From Raillietiella orientalis (Eukaryota), in the NCBI GenBank assembly GCA_036172245.1, contig JAYWIR010000020.1, forward strand, positions 1,798,001 through 1,862,000: a stretch of 64,000 nucleotides of DNA, written 5' to 3'. The notes below the pieces were generated by a model. It ran no database searches. It was not told where the DNA came from and saw nothing but the letters and a program-made list of their open reading frames with translations. Of the stretch, positions 1 to 13,700 are shown piece after piece (position 1 is the first letter of the stretch; every line of letters starts with the position of its first letter). A program made the position numbers and the translations under genes.

Positions 1-432
1 AGAGAGCACAAACCTACAGGCTCTAAAGTGTAGAGGCATTTCGTACACCCTGAGGATTACACGAAAACTTTTCTACAGATGAAAAGTGTATTCTTAATTA
101 CTCCAAGTTTCTTTTCCCGTATTCTGGCGGTTCCTTCGGAGCATCCGTTGCCGAATGAATCTGAACAGAGGACAACTCCAGCTGTGAAGTTATCATCGGG
201 TGGGCCGTCGGGAAGTTTTCGGACGAAAACGCCTTTGACGATCGCCCCAACCAAATGACCGTCTTGTTTCGCTGACCAAGTTACCTTGTCTCATCCTTTT
301 TTTCCCTTTTTGTCTTTCCCCACTCCCTGCGTCTCCGCCTCGGACCACAAGTGGCGCGTTCCTTTGAACCGAAGCACGTGGTAGGGTCAAGAGTGCTACC
401 AAAACTGTAAGTTCTTTTTTTTTTACATAAAC

Positions 433-1010
433 ACCCAGACGCAACGTGGTGGAGAACTTTGTCTCGAACCTTGAAAAACCTCTCTTGGCTTTGCGCAACC
501 ACCGGAACACTGCAAAAATGGAGAAGCACTTCTGCAGAAGGGGGTCTAGAAGACATGGATCCTCCGTTTCGAGCCCGAAGCTAGTGGCAGCGGACCGTGT
601 GGAAACTGTGACCATCTCTGCAGAGGTTCGACCGAAAGCGGACCAGTGTGTCGTGTCGACCGACCCCTGGGGTCCGGACGGGCATCATCGGAAAGACACT
701 GCGGGCGGTGTACGGTGCAACGAGAGGCTACGGGGCAAGCTGAAGCAAAAGCAGAAGAGCCCCCTCCGGGGGAGTGACTTTCTTGCAAGGCAGCGCACGC
801 CTCGCCCATCCCGACACGCAGCTCGCACGCTGGACCAATTAAAGTATTGCACCCACGTGGTCTTCCTGGGTCGCGGATCTGACGTTTGTGCCAACGCAAG
901 GTGAGGTAAGAGCCAGACACTTTTGCGAGTGTACCGGAACAGTGTAGACAGAGCGTGCGAGTGCCCGGGGTGCTCGAGACGAAATTCCCCTGAGGGCATA
1001 CAGGAGTTGG
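433..1010 (+). mobile_element. Degenerate hAT-like transposase remnant
   Basis: ORF 446-904 contains VVSTDPWG (resembles hAT first catalytic 'slTtDxW') and GSDVCAN (resembles 'tDnAsN') in the expected order. Shares TGGAGAACTTTGT and flanking similarity with 60.85 kb. Confidence 0.4.
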
Positions 1011-1706
1011 TGGGACCGCGCCGGCAAGGACGGCGGGTGAACAGATAAGTACAATCATCGTACGGTAACAAGAGAAGTGTAACTCTTGTGTGTTTCGATT
1101 TACGCAGTTTCGATCCTTTTTTCTTTTTCTTTTTTTTTTTACGACCGACCTTGTTTCCTTACCATGTCCTGCAAAGATTGGGGAAAAGCGAAGGTTGGGG
1201 AACATCCGTTCTGGTTCTTCTTCAAGAAATTAGCAGGATGTATAGGCTCGTGTTCAGCGTTGTGAGGATGGTAGAAGAAGATCCTGGTTGCTTTCACATG
1301 CTCTTCTATTTCAACACATTGAACAACAACGGTTTGATTATTCTTTTTTTACCACAGCTGTTTTGAAAACCTACCCTTGATGAATGGAGGTCTGTTTGCG
1401 AAGGTGGTTTATTATATACTTTCTTGCATTAGGAACTTGACTATTAGCATAGGAGTAGGAGGTTGGCTCAATTCTGTCCGAAGTCGGTCATTAGCTGTGG
1501 GCTTTTTCGTTAAAACAGCCTGAAAGCTTGGTCACCAAATCCTGACCACACATGCATCCAAAGTAAAACCAAAGCAAACGAATGCACATCAAGAGAAATA
1601 GTGAGAAGGTTCTTATGGAATTCTCAGTGAAGGTGCGAGCGAAGGGCTTTCAAAAGTCTGCTTTTTTTTTCTTTTTTTTTGTAAAAAAAAAAAAAAAAAA
1701 AAAAAA

Positions 1707-4700
1707 TCAGTTCATGTTCATTTCCACAGTAAGCTGATTTGTTTGCTATTGCGAGAGTTTGGTATGCTTAATTCCTGATTTCTCCTCGCTGGGATGATCA
1801 TTCTCTCTACAATATTTGTATTTGAGGGAACTAACCGACATCCATTTTTTCTGGACTCTATTCTTGATGATCCAGCCATTCCACTCATCCTTCGCGCAAC
1901 TGCTACATTATAAAATAATCAGCGGCCGAGGCAAACGTTGCACTACTCCCATCTACCAATGGAAATGTGTACTGTAGCTCATACACGTTTCCATAGGTAC
2001 GCTCCCAGGGTTGCTGACTTGTTTTCCAATCACGATCGCAAGATTCTGTTATTAAGAATGAAAATAGTTTTGGAGCATCTGCAGAGTCACAGTTGTGATC
2101 ATCAATTCGTGGGGAAAAATCCACTGCTACATGGAAATGAAAGCGCTAACGTATACTGATAATTTCGTCATTGAATTCATGAAATTTATTTTCTGCTGTC
2201 GGCTTCATTCGATTAAGAGGGGATGCGGTTGGAGATATTCTACAACATTTTTGGATTGCCATTTGCGCAGACTATAAATTTCTGATTTTCACCTTGATAG
2301 CAAGTTAACAAGGGCATTTTTTTTGTTTTTGCTTAGAATAGAATAGAAGCTTTCTAAAAATAAAAACGACTTTGTAGTTAGCAAAATGGAAGGTTGCCCT
2401 AAAAACATGCCCCAATGTGAGAGACTTAGCAATTGAAAATTATCTGTGGGAATCATTTTTTCAGCATAGAATATACATCCACTTCTCTTCAGTCCCCTCT
2501 TTTTGGATGTATTATAATGGAAAGACTTGCAGTTAAGGCTCAAGGGCATTTGAGACCAATGCCTATCGTTCCACGCATCATCCAAACTCATATATAGTCA
2601 AGGAGCGTCAAGGAACGCTGCATTTTATATGAACCGAGTACAAGTTCCTACTGGGATCCTTTATATTTATTAAACCAGGTACTCAAATGAGCACAGATGT
2701 TGATTAGCTGGGTCTGCATGGTCTTGGACCACTGCTTTGATCACCTGGATCACAGGCTGATGAGAGACGTCGGAAAACTGACAAGAGCAAGCTCTCCTCA
2801 GAGGAAAAAATTTTTTCTGCTTTCGAAAATGGCGATGATGAAACAGAATGAATGTTCAACGGCAAGGGTACGAAAAGTTCAAGCTGTTAAATGCCTTCGA
2901 GAAAAGGTGGGCATCTATCATTTCCAAAAATCGCGCACAGAAACAAAATGAACTTTTTCACCGCATCTCAACAAGCTGCAGCTGCTATACACAATTGCAT
3001 GCGTACAGCGTGGTTTGCACATGCATTGGAACCCAATCGCAAAAGCCATGCCTGAAATTTAAGCTAAAGAGCTCAAGGAAGCTGCAGACGTTCCGTCTCT
3101 GAACGGAAACTTTCCACCAGATCCAACTGAGACAGCGCAGTGGACTGGGAAAAAATTGCATGGAGCAGCAGAAGTGGCCAGAAGGATCCAAATGGGGTTC
3201 CACCGCTCGCGTTGCGTGCTTTACAATAGTGGGAGTGCCATCTAGTGAGTGCACCCCACCCCCCATTGTGTTCCTGGAATGCAGGACACGGGCAAACACA
3301 GAATGTGCACAGGAACACATCAAAGTGGATGCTTGTACTCCCGCATGTATGTCGACCCAACTCGTGAGCTTGTTTCTATAGGCAGATTCTCTTGAAGTGC
3401 TTTCGGGCATCAAAGGGGTGTTGTCCGTACAATGCAGTCCCTGATAGGCAATAACTCTGGACAGAAATTTGGAACAAAATCATAAATCAATTCACCGATA
3501 AGTCAAGTAAGTAATGATAATCGAAGAGCTGCGGACTGTGCTGAGCACTATAAACCGGCAGTCGAAACTTTCCCATTCCTCTTGTCGGTAATTTCCGACA
3601 CCCGAAATCAGTAAAAAAAAAAAAAATATAGCAAAACAAAAGCAGAATCGCAAACGTGAGACAAACTGAGGTCACTGCACAAGCAATGACATCTCAAGTT
3701 GCATCCCTAGGGATGGGATGTCGCAACTCGCCATCCACAAAAAGGAAAAAAAGTGGGCTCACTGAGAGAGCACGGATTCAGGATGTAATTTGCAAACCAC
3801 GAGTGCCCAGGTCAACTTGGGAAGGTCATAGCGGGTGATGCGCAGGTCGCGACGGCTCCTGAAATGGGGGGTTGTGCCGATGACGACGCTCACAGCGTTC
3901 TCAGTGTGTGGCCGGAAAGTTCTCGAGAGAGAAACCACCCCAACCAGTCGGAAATGAAGCACATCATTGGGGCGGCGGCGGCGAGAAATTCGCCACGTTG
4001 TTGATTGGGGGGGGGGGGAGGGGACGAAAAATAAACAGGAAAAAAAACATTTGGGGAAAGTCCAAAAAGAGATTTTGAGATGTATTTAAAAGCGTTGCTG
4101 AGGAAGGACACTTACGGAGGAAAACCTGTGCGAATAAAAAAACAGAAAAGGAAAAAGAAGAAAAGTCACCACCAGTAGAAGACACGCGAAAAGAGTGGCA
4201 AATCCCTCTTTCTCTTTTCCGAGTACGAAAACGCACACCGCGAGCTGATAAAGAACGCTCCACAGAACTGCGCCTCGAGACACGACCCAGCGTGCCAAAG
4301 TGGCGCCGTGTTCCCATCGAAGAGGACCGACCCGCGGTCTCCAACTGGAGGCAGCTGAAAATCATCAACCGCTTCCCGAGAGGCGAAGCAAACGGAATGG
4401 AGAGAGAGACCCCATGCTCATCAGGGGAATAATACCACGGATGTAACGAGGTGCCGCAGAATGAAAAAAAACACACACACACACACAGTCTAAAAATAGA
4501 AAACGGTACGTGTGGCTGCTCACGAAAACCTTCATAGGCTCACTGAAGAAACTGGAGATTACTGAGGGAATCAGAGTCTCCGTGTGGCTCGCACAGGAAG
4601 TGGCTGAAATACAAAGAGCGAAGTGTGGGATTTCTGGAGGAATACCCTTCGACATCCTTCGAAGTTTTCAGCAGTTCCCGTGACGTAATCCCTGCTTCTG

Positions 4701-7700
4701 GACAGGACGCCTCTTGAAACTTGGACGAGAATCAAACGCCGGAAATGAATTATGAAGCATTCTAAAAAAAGGAACGGCACTGAGGAGGCAATTAAAATCC
4801 CCGCTCGCCTCTCAGCCCCATGCCATCCATCCCTCTTTTCAATGCGCTGCCCCGGTTGGTAAGGCGCGCGCTCATCGCCGAGGGGACAAGCAGGGATGTT
4901 GATGGAGGACGTGTGCCACCGTGCCCTCAGGGGGTGGAGGGTTCTCTTTGGGATCAGCTGGTTTCTCAATGGACAACTATTAGGCCGCCTGCCTTTTCTT
5001 GAGGCCAAGTCGCTACAATGGGAGGATGGCGCTCGAAAGAGAACTCGGTTGAATTTTCCGCTCCCCGGTGTCTCCCCTGACTGACGCAGCTGCCGGGAAC
5101 GACCAGACCGAACCAAGGATCGGGACGTCAGCCTGGGAGACGGAAGTCTCCCTCAGAACACTGCGGTTCTTTTGAAACTCCTGTCGTTTTGGAGATGGCG
5201 TCGAACATTCCTCTGCAAGGGCCGAAAAAGTGGGTCTTCCTCACACCTCCACTGAGGACTCTGCCAGAGATTGAATCTCATCGGACTTTGGGATTCCACC
5301 TTCCAGCGGGAGCAGCTGTGAATACACCAGGAAGCTGCGTTTTCCGTGATTCTCTGAGGAACGAGGCTCTGATCTTGCAGCGGTTCCTGTGTGGTCAATA
5401 AGTTGTACAGCCGCTCGACCACACAGAAACGCGGGAAATACAACTTCCTTTTTTGCCCATCCTGGCGGCCGCTTGACTGCTTTCTCTCCGCGCGCGCGGA
5501 GAGAAAGCAGTAAAGTCCAGTCGAGCCCGTGCGCGCGGTTGCACCGGGCGTCGCGGGTTCGAATCCCGCCAGGGAAAGGATCGAGACGTCGAGAAATGGG
5601 GAAGGGTGCGCCGTGCGTTTCAAGTCCTTCCCCCCTTCCGCGGGATGACGCTGCTTGACCTTGTAATTTTCGCGTTGACACCCGGTCAGGGCGCCAGGGC
5701 GTTTATTTATAAAAAAAAAAAAAAAAAAAGAAACGTCTGTGGCAGGACATTTGATTCTGCTACGCTACTCATGAATACGAGAAGGAACCTGCCGGGAGCT
5801 GGCACGCAGGCCAGCGGGGTTCGCCTCGGCAGCACAAGGGAAGGGGAGGCAAGCAAAAGGAAAACAAAAACGAAAACAAGGAGCATACAAAAAAAAAAAA
5901 AAAAAAAATGGGGGGAGGGACGTTTCGGAAAGGGTTCAACGGGTGCTGGAGGGCGTCCCCTGCATTCTTGTAAGGATGCCTGCAAGTTCCTGTTTCCAGA
6001 CTTCTTGACGCTGTCCTCATGAAGAGGACAGCAAAATAGATGGCGTCCCTGTCGTTCTGGCCTCCTCTGGCGTTGCTGCTCCATGCAGCCACGGTCCCTC
6101 CGCGTGGACAGCAAAGTGCTGCTGCTGGGGATACGGCCTGCCGGCGTGTGGGCGTCGCGCAGGAAGAGGCGCTTTCCAACGTCTCTGGCGTCGCCGCCGG
6201 GGATTTCAAGGGTCGCACCAAAGCGTCCCCAAAGGGGTCGGAGGGCAACACAGTCCACTAGGAGGTGCGGTTCCTGCTGCCTGCACCTTGCACAGTTTGG
6301 ATTCACACCCGGATGTCTCTGTTGAGTGGCCGGGACTGGAGGTTGACCCTCCGCGGTCGTTCCAGGAATCAAGGAGCCCTTCAGGGCTCCCCTCCGGTTG
6401 TGCAGCTGGGGCCGTACCATCACGTCCCATGGAGCTGGTTGGAACCCTCTTCGATGGTTTGCCTGCTCCTTTCGGGAGGCGTCCTTTCGGGGTTCTCTTC
6501 AGAGGAGGGAACGAGGAGCGGCTACCTCGCGGGTTCCCTCCGGAGAGACTGAGGATGAGATGGTTCCCTTCAGGTTTCCTGGCAAACCTCAGAGGAACGG
6601 AATCCTTTCTCTGAAGACTTCCTGGATTCGCAGGGAGGTCCCCCTGAGGTTGCCCTCAACTCGAAGAGTCCCACGCACCCTCGGGTGGTGTGGACAGCCT
6701 TCGAAAGATCTCCGTGAACTCCCCTCCCCCATGAGGAGTTGGATGGCACTTGGCGAACTAGGAAAAAGAAATAGAAAAAAAAGCTGGAAGGAAAGCAGCG
6801 AAAGGTGGATGAAAGGAAGGAGATGAAGGATAGCCGTCGCGCCTGCAGGATCTGCATCGGGAGGATGCCCAATCGACAGTCCCTGGTTCGGAAATCACTG
6901 CCTCGTCCGATTCGAACGAAGTAAATCAAATAGGGCTGTGTGCGTCGAGACCCTGCTGTGGGAACCCCCTGACTCAGCGCAACCGCGACGCCGGCCCTCA
7001 TTAGAAGCGTCAGTGTACAGATGGTATGATATCGTGATTGGGCTCTGGATGGATGCACATCATCCAGCCCTGAGGAGACTGCTCCTTCTGCTCGAAGTCA
7101 ACGCACTAATGTGATCCAGCTGCACGTGCGCTTGTCGATTTTTTTTCTCCTTTTTTTTGTTTTTTACCTTCCTGCTAAGCGGGCGTGCACCGCCGCAGCT
7201 CGAATGGTGGTGGATGGATCCCGTCGGCAGTGTCTCAGATGCTAGCAGCACAGAGAGCAGCGTTCGTGCTGAAGGAAGCAGGACGCGCACGGTCCAAGGC
7301 ATCCCGCCCGCTGCCCGCGCAAATGTTTAGAGAGACTCTCGGCATGCGTAGAACTCCAGAAGCCGTTTTCTGCTCCCGGCGTATCCCCACCTGGGAGACC
7401 TGTGCCTCGGGACGCATTGCCTTCCAGCTGCCCTCTCCGAGCACGTAGGGAGATTTGAAGGGAGTTCCGTCCTGATCGTTCCTGTGGCACACGTTCTTCC
7501 ATCAGAATGATCGCACATCTTCCCTGGACTCGAACAGGGAGGATTTCACCGCCTGGAGAAAAGTTTCCTGGAATGCTCACTGTGCCTCCCAACATCCTTC
7601 TTACTGGCAGCCCCAGCTGTTGCAGCCGCTGCTGGAATCTCACCGGACTTCTCTGCACACCTGCAGGTGTGCTAGCGGATGCTTCGGCATCCCATTTTGA

Positions 7701-10700
7701 AAATATTTCGATATTGCGAGGGGAAAAACGAACAAGAAAGCAAACAAAAACACTTCCCTTTCGGTTCTGCGCAGCCGAAAACTGTGCGCATGAACGGTGT
7801 GCTCCAGGGATCGAGAGACGCGGATGAAAACGTGCTCGCAACAGCCTCCGTTCCACCGGTTTCCATGCTCTCCAGCAAGAGGATAATTGGAAATCAAGCA
7901 AATGGATGTAGCCCCTCGCCGATGATGACGTGAAATGCAGGTCTATCATTATCTGCATCGAAATCTCAAGTGAAAAAAAAAAAAAAAATGCCTGTGTGAT
8001 CGACTGTGAGCATGCAAGATGGTTATCAACAGCAACCGAATCCTTTTTTGCCTCAAACAATAAAATAAAATGCAGGACCGTTAATGTGTGAGGCTGCTTG
8101 CCAGGCTGGAGATGAACTTGGAATTCGCTCTTGAAATGAGAGGCCGATTGTTCGATGCAGGGTTCGAAAACATCTTCCAAGGAACTTCCTCAGGAGCTCC
8201 CGTTCCGGAAACCTTTGTTTTTCCTTTTTTTTCTCTAATCTAAAAGATGAACAAACAGAGGCTCATTTAAGGGCAACGCTCGCGTCACCTCTGGATTTGC
8301 TGGCCTTTCCTCGCTCCACCCGATAACAGGTTCCCCCCCCCCCTTTTCTTTATTCAGTTTCCTTTGGTTTCGCTGGAAACACCGTTTTGTCATGGCATTC
8401 GATCCTGGAACTCAACCAATGTTCGATGCCACAGAGATCCTCGTCGGATTCAACATTTCACATGCGTTGAGTGCACCCAACATGCCACCATACGCTTAAG
8501 GAGCAGCAGCATCACGTATCATGTGGATCGATGTCGCAGGTGGCCACAAAAAGGGAGCCTCCGGACTGATTCAGCTCTCGAACTTCAAATCCAGTGGAAG
8601 TTCCCCAAAGGGAAAGACGGATCCAACAGCAGAGATGCAGCTCAAGGATGCACACAACCGAACCGACCGGAACCGAGTGCTGTGCACATTCGAGTTGCAT
8701 TCTCTAAGCATCATTTGTTTGCGATGCAAGCCCAGTATCGGATTTTCTTTACTTCCATTCCAAAGACAGCTCGATGTTCTCTGTCCGTTCATCTGAAGGA
8801 GGGATAGAGCGGCTTCGAGGAGCTAACTGACCAAGCCTTCGTTTCGCCAACGTGTCCCTTGTGTCGACCTTTCCGGCTTGGGTCAGTCTCAACGAACTCC
8901 AAGCTTGTGCAAGGAAACATCCATGTGAACCCTTTTCACCCTGGATTCGCTCCATCTGGATTCATGCATGCCCAGTCGATGTGTACAGAATCACAGAACC
9001 GTAGGCGAATACAGTGTGCACGAAACGAGGACTCGTGCAAGCAAATTTTTAGATTCGGTTCCACTCTGCCTGTCAGAGCGCGTTTTTAGAATGGCTATCA
9101 TTATTTTGAAACATAAAGGTAAGTCTACTGTTTAATACATATGGTCTAATCATTCTATATATATATGTATATTGCACAAACTCAAGGGAACACTCTCTAC
9201 ACATATAGATACATAGATAAAAATGTATTAAAAATATAGATACATGGGAGGTAGATATAGATACATAGATAAACATGATAGATATAGACAGATACATGGA
9301 TAGATACATATAGACATGGATAGATATGATAGATATCGATATATATATATATATAGTTTAATTATACACATTCAACAGAAATCTCCATGGCGGCGGAGCG
9401 CGCGCTCGCCCCGCCAGAGACCCCTACAGGCGCCGACATCAGCGGTGTTCCCACTTCCTCCTCGGCTGGTGAGGGCGAATTGGCGAGATCAATCGGGAAG
9501 GTTTGGGGATCCGGGCTGAGTCTCCTTCTCCTTACCGCACGGAGAAAAGCTACCTCAAGCGCAACCAGCGTTGTGTGCGAGATCTCCTTTTACCCTTTCT
9601 TCCTCGCTTGCAGCTTGTGACCCCGCCACTGCGCCGGTGGGTGTTCTTAGCACTGGGGTTCAACAAGAAGGTTGACCTTATCTCGGATGTGCCGTGGGCC
9701 GTGGACTGCATGCATCAAACTGCAATGCAAAGAGGGAGATGTCTCAAAAACGACTTCAATGCACGATGAAAGTGTGAGCGATCTGCAAAGTTTTCAAGGA
9801 ACTCAAAGGCTGCTCTCGATTACACCGCCCTTCAGAGATGAAGAAAAATTCTCGAAACCTATTGGTCAGTTCTCGAATGCAAGCCACAGGGGACAGGCGG
9901 ATACAATGAGTTGCATCTGGAAGAACCGACGGACGGAGTTGCTTTGCAGAACGGGAGACGAGAACAGAAAGCCGATTGCAAAAGCATCAGAGAGAGAATC
10001 AGCAAGTGCCAGATTCGAGTGGGCAAGAATTTTCCTCGTGAAGCGAGTTGATTTCAGACTGGGAACATCGGCTACCACTCAGACTGGGGCTTACACCGAG
10101 GGAACATTGCATATGACTCTGGAAATGGTACGCCGTTGGTACAGAGGACTTGGGTGGTCCGGACTCAAGCTCAGAGGCACTCCAGGGGAGAGAGAGAGAG
10201 AGAGAGAAAGCAGCTGCTGTGGTTCGAGAGTTCCGTGTCCGTAGTTTGGACAAGAGGCATACTATGATTTTGAAAACCAATCAGCTTAATTAAGAGCGGC
10301 ATTTCCCTGCGTTCCCAAGAGCCGGCGAGCGCTAATCAGCTGTGCCGGTGCACCTGCTCCATTCTTCCGCTGCGATCAGGCTGGAGGTCAGGCTGTTCTC
10401 CCGAATCAGACCGCCTCTTTTCGAGCTTTCCTTCGAGGCAGAGTCGCAAATGGCGAGGCGAATCGCTTGCTAGGTTTCAGGAACCAAAAGCGAAAAAAGG
10501 GGAGAGAGAGAGAAAAACATGACTGCACGAGCAAAAGAGGTGGATTTCTGGATGAGGATCAACTGCGGGGGCTAGCAACCGAGGTCAGCAAACGCTGCGT
10601 GTGCAAACGGATCTCCCACTCGACCATCTCATGCTGGTGGAACGCATTCAAGTGGAGGCCTAGCCTGGACGAGGAGCAAGATGCGTCAACTCTGTTGATC

Positions 10701-13700
10701 ACCCTTCCCACATGGGAAGCCTTTTCCATCAATTTGTAAATTATAGATGAGTAATTATCAATCATTCCAACAATGCCGTGCTAAAATTGGTTCCCGAAGG
10801 AGCGCGACTTCCTGTTTTGAGGAGAGAAGGGGCAGCTGGATTTTCGCGAAACTTTTCATTCCGTAACAGTCCTTATGGGGAGGCTTTCACGCCAGCACCT
10901 TTCTTAAGCATCTTTCGCCTCCTGCTGGGTATCGTCGCACTTGGAAAACTTCTCGGATTCTGCTTTTCCTTTTCTTTTCTTTTTTGGAGGGGGGGAAGGG
11001 AAGGTTCAGCAATCACTCGGGAACCGTCCGCCTGGCAGCTCACAGAGCTCTTTGACGCTGTTACCATGCCACCAGAGGGCGCGTGTCAAACCCTTCAAGT
11101 TAGGGGATACGCCGGGAGGAGACCACCTCACGAATCCACAAGGGGCTTTGGAGAAGGAAGTCCATCCCTTTACCCTCATTCTCTCCGGATGGACCCCCCG
11201 GAGGAAGTCTCTCGTCGTTTCTTCTCCGGTGGGAACCCGCGAGGTAGCCGCTCCTCGTTTCCTCCTCTGAAGAGAACCCCGAAAGGACGCCTCCCGAAAG
11301 GAGCAGGCAAACCATCGAAGAGGGTTCCAACCAGCTCCATGGGACGTGATGGTACGGCCCCAGCTGCACAACCGGAGGGGAGCCCTGAAGGGCTCCTTGA
11401 TTCCTGGAACGACCGCGGAGGGTCAACCTCCAGTCCCGGCCACTCAACAGAGACATCCGGGTGTGAATCCAAACTGTGCAAGGTGCAGGCAGCAGGAACC
11501 GCACCTCCTAGTGGACTGTGTTGCCCTCCGACCCCTTTGGGGACGCTTTGGTGCGACCCTTGAAATCCCCGGCGGCGACGCCAGAGACGTTGGAAAGCGC
11601 CTCTTCCTGCGCGACGCCCACACGCCGGCAGGCCGTATCCCCAGCAGCAGCACTTTGCTGTCCACGCGGAGGGACCGTGGCTGCATGGAGCAGCAACGCC
11701 AGAGGAGGCCAGAACGACAGGGACGCCATCTATTTTGCTGTCCTCTTCATGAGGACAGCGTCAAGAAGTCTGGAAACAGGAACTTGCAGGCATCCTTACA
11801 AGAATGCAGGGGACGCCCTCCAGCACCCGTTGAACCCTTTCCGAAACGTCCCTCCCCCCATTTTTTTTTTTTTTTTTTTTTGTATGCTCCTTGTTTTCGT
11901 TTTTGTTTTCCTTTTGCTTGCCTCCCCTTCCCTTGTGCTGCCGAGGCGAACCCCGCTGGCCTGCGTGCCAGCTCCCGGCAGGTTCCTTCTCGTATTCATG
12001 AGTAGCGTAGCAGAATCAAATGTCCTGCCACAGACGTTTCTTTTTTTTTTTTTTTTTTTATAAATAAACGCCCTGGCGCCCTGACCGGGTGTCAACGCGA
12101 AAATTACAAGGTCAAGCAGCGTCATCCCGCGGAAGGGGGGAAGGACTTGAAACGCACGGCGCACCCTTCCCCATTTCTCGACGTCTCGATCCTTTCCCTG
12201 GCGGGATTCGAACCCGCGACGCCCGGTGCAACCGCGCGGCCTCCAGAGCGGGTCACGGACTCTATTCAGGAAAAGAAATGAGGCAGTGACTCCTGTGCGG
12301 AGCAGAGGAAACGAGAGAAAGGGCGCACCTTTCCGCTTTCAACAGAAGACGTTTGATGTGTGGCTGCAGGTGGATGACTCGGAAAAATCTCAAATGGGGT
12401 TTGCTCATGGTGTGGCATCGGAAGATTCCCACTGTTTCATCATCAGGAGGCCCCTTTTCACCCCGCCGTCCTTCGATCCGTCCTACGATCATGGCCGCCC
12501 GCAAGACACGACCCTCCTCTTCTCATCAAGAGGGAGCAGCAGTTGAAGTTGCTCCATGCGATGGGAATCCCTGCCTGTATCCTTGAGAGGTCATCGACCT
12601 GGATGCCTCTACAAGGAGATCTCCAGCCTGGGTCACTCCAATGTAGATCACTAGCTAGGTTGGCAGCCTGACCTTGGGCCAGGATGCCAACCCGCATAGC
12701 GATCGTCCTCAGTTTCAAGTGACGTCCTCAGCTCGCGCTCTACTGGAGGTGTTCGCGAACTAAAGAATAAATCCATTCACCGTGGTCCGGATGGAAGATC
12801 CGAAGAGGAAAGTCAAGCGGACTCAAGTAGAAGCATTCAGACAGATCTACAAAAGAGCAGTCAGAAGACGGCACCTGTGGGTAGGGGGCGCCTCCGACTG
12901 ACCTTAGACCTACAGGGTGTCTTACGCTTTCTGCCATCATCGGCGCTGCAGTTTTCCTCCAAGAATGCATCTTTCTCTGGTCTGTCGCCCCTTTTCACTC
13001 TCTGCAACGCGTCAGCGACGTTGTCGTGCAGACAGTGCCGTCGCTAAGCTGTGCGTGTGCCTGTTTTTACCAGCTGGATTGCACACAGCGGGGGGGAAAA
13101 AAGCCGTCTCTTTCCTGCTCCTTCCTCATGTCGGCGGACCCGGAGAGGAACCGGGATCTCCCCTGCCTGGAAGCTCTGGAAACTCGCCATCAGCGCAGTG
13201 CAGCAGGAGCGATTCCTCTGCTCAGGGACTCCAGGATTACCTTCCTCCCGTCGACTCAACAATCCGTCTTCCGGCAAGAAGAAGCCGGCAGCAGCAGGGA
13301 TTCTCGAAGGTTCAAGAACGATTACTTTTTGCACCTTTGTTGCCAAATGCTCTTTGTTTTTCCTCTTTCTTTAAGCCTTGTCTTCGTTCTCCTCAAAGTC
13401 ATTAAGGGAATGTTCTTTGATCTCGCTGCTCTCGTTCTGGGCATCGCCTGCAGATGATGGTTGTTTCCGTTTGAAGGTTCCATCTGTCACGTATTCAAGA
13501 AGCTCTTTTCTTTTTATCATTTATTTCCAAGGTATCGATTCTGCCTGCAGAGTTCGCTGGTCGTGACGCGGTTTGGCTCTACGGCGAAGTCCTGCTGCTT
13601 GCCTTTTCAAGAAATTCTTCTTCTTGGAGCACAGGTGCCCGAGAGAAGGACACCGCCCTGGTCAGATCTCTCGCGCTCCTTCGTGCATCGAACTGCCGGA

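Noticed and set aside
1..300. Exon fragment RNKTVIWLGRS (SGNH-like) on the minus strand
   Set aside because: A single short resemblance with no supporting splice structure; likely chance.
5385..5580. Functional tRNA gene
   Set aside because: Only the T-arm is convincing. There is no proper D or anticodon arm, and an internal T6 run lies at 5449-5454.
9153..9356. CRISPR-like or telomeric array
   Set aside because: Irregular AT microsatellite with no constant repeat-spacer structure.
5532..12238. TIR DNA transposon or DIRS-type element bounded by the inverted repeats
   Set aside because: The arms are LINE ORF2/3'UTR sequence. No TSD was seen, and there is no intact transposase or recombinase in the spacer.
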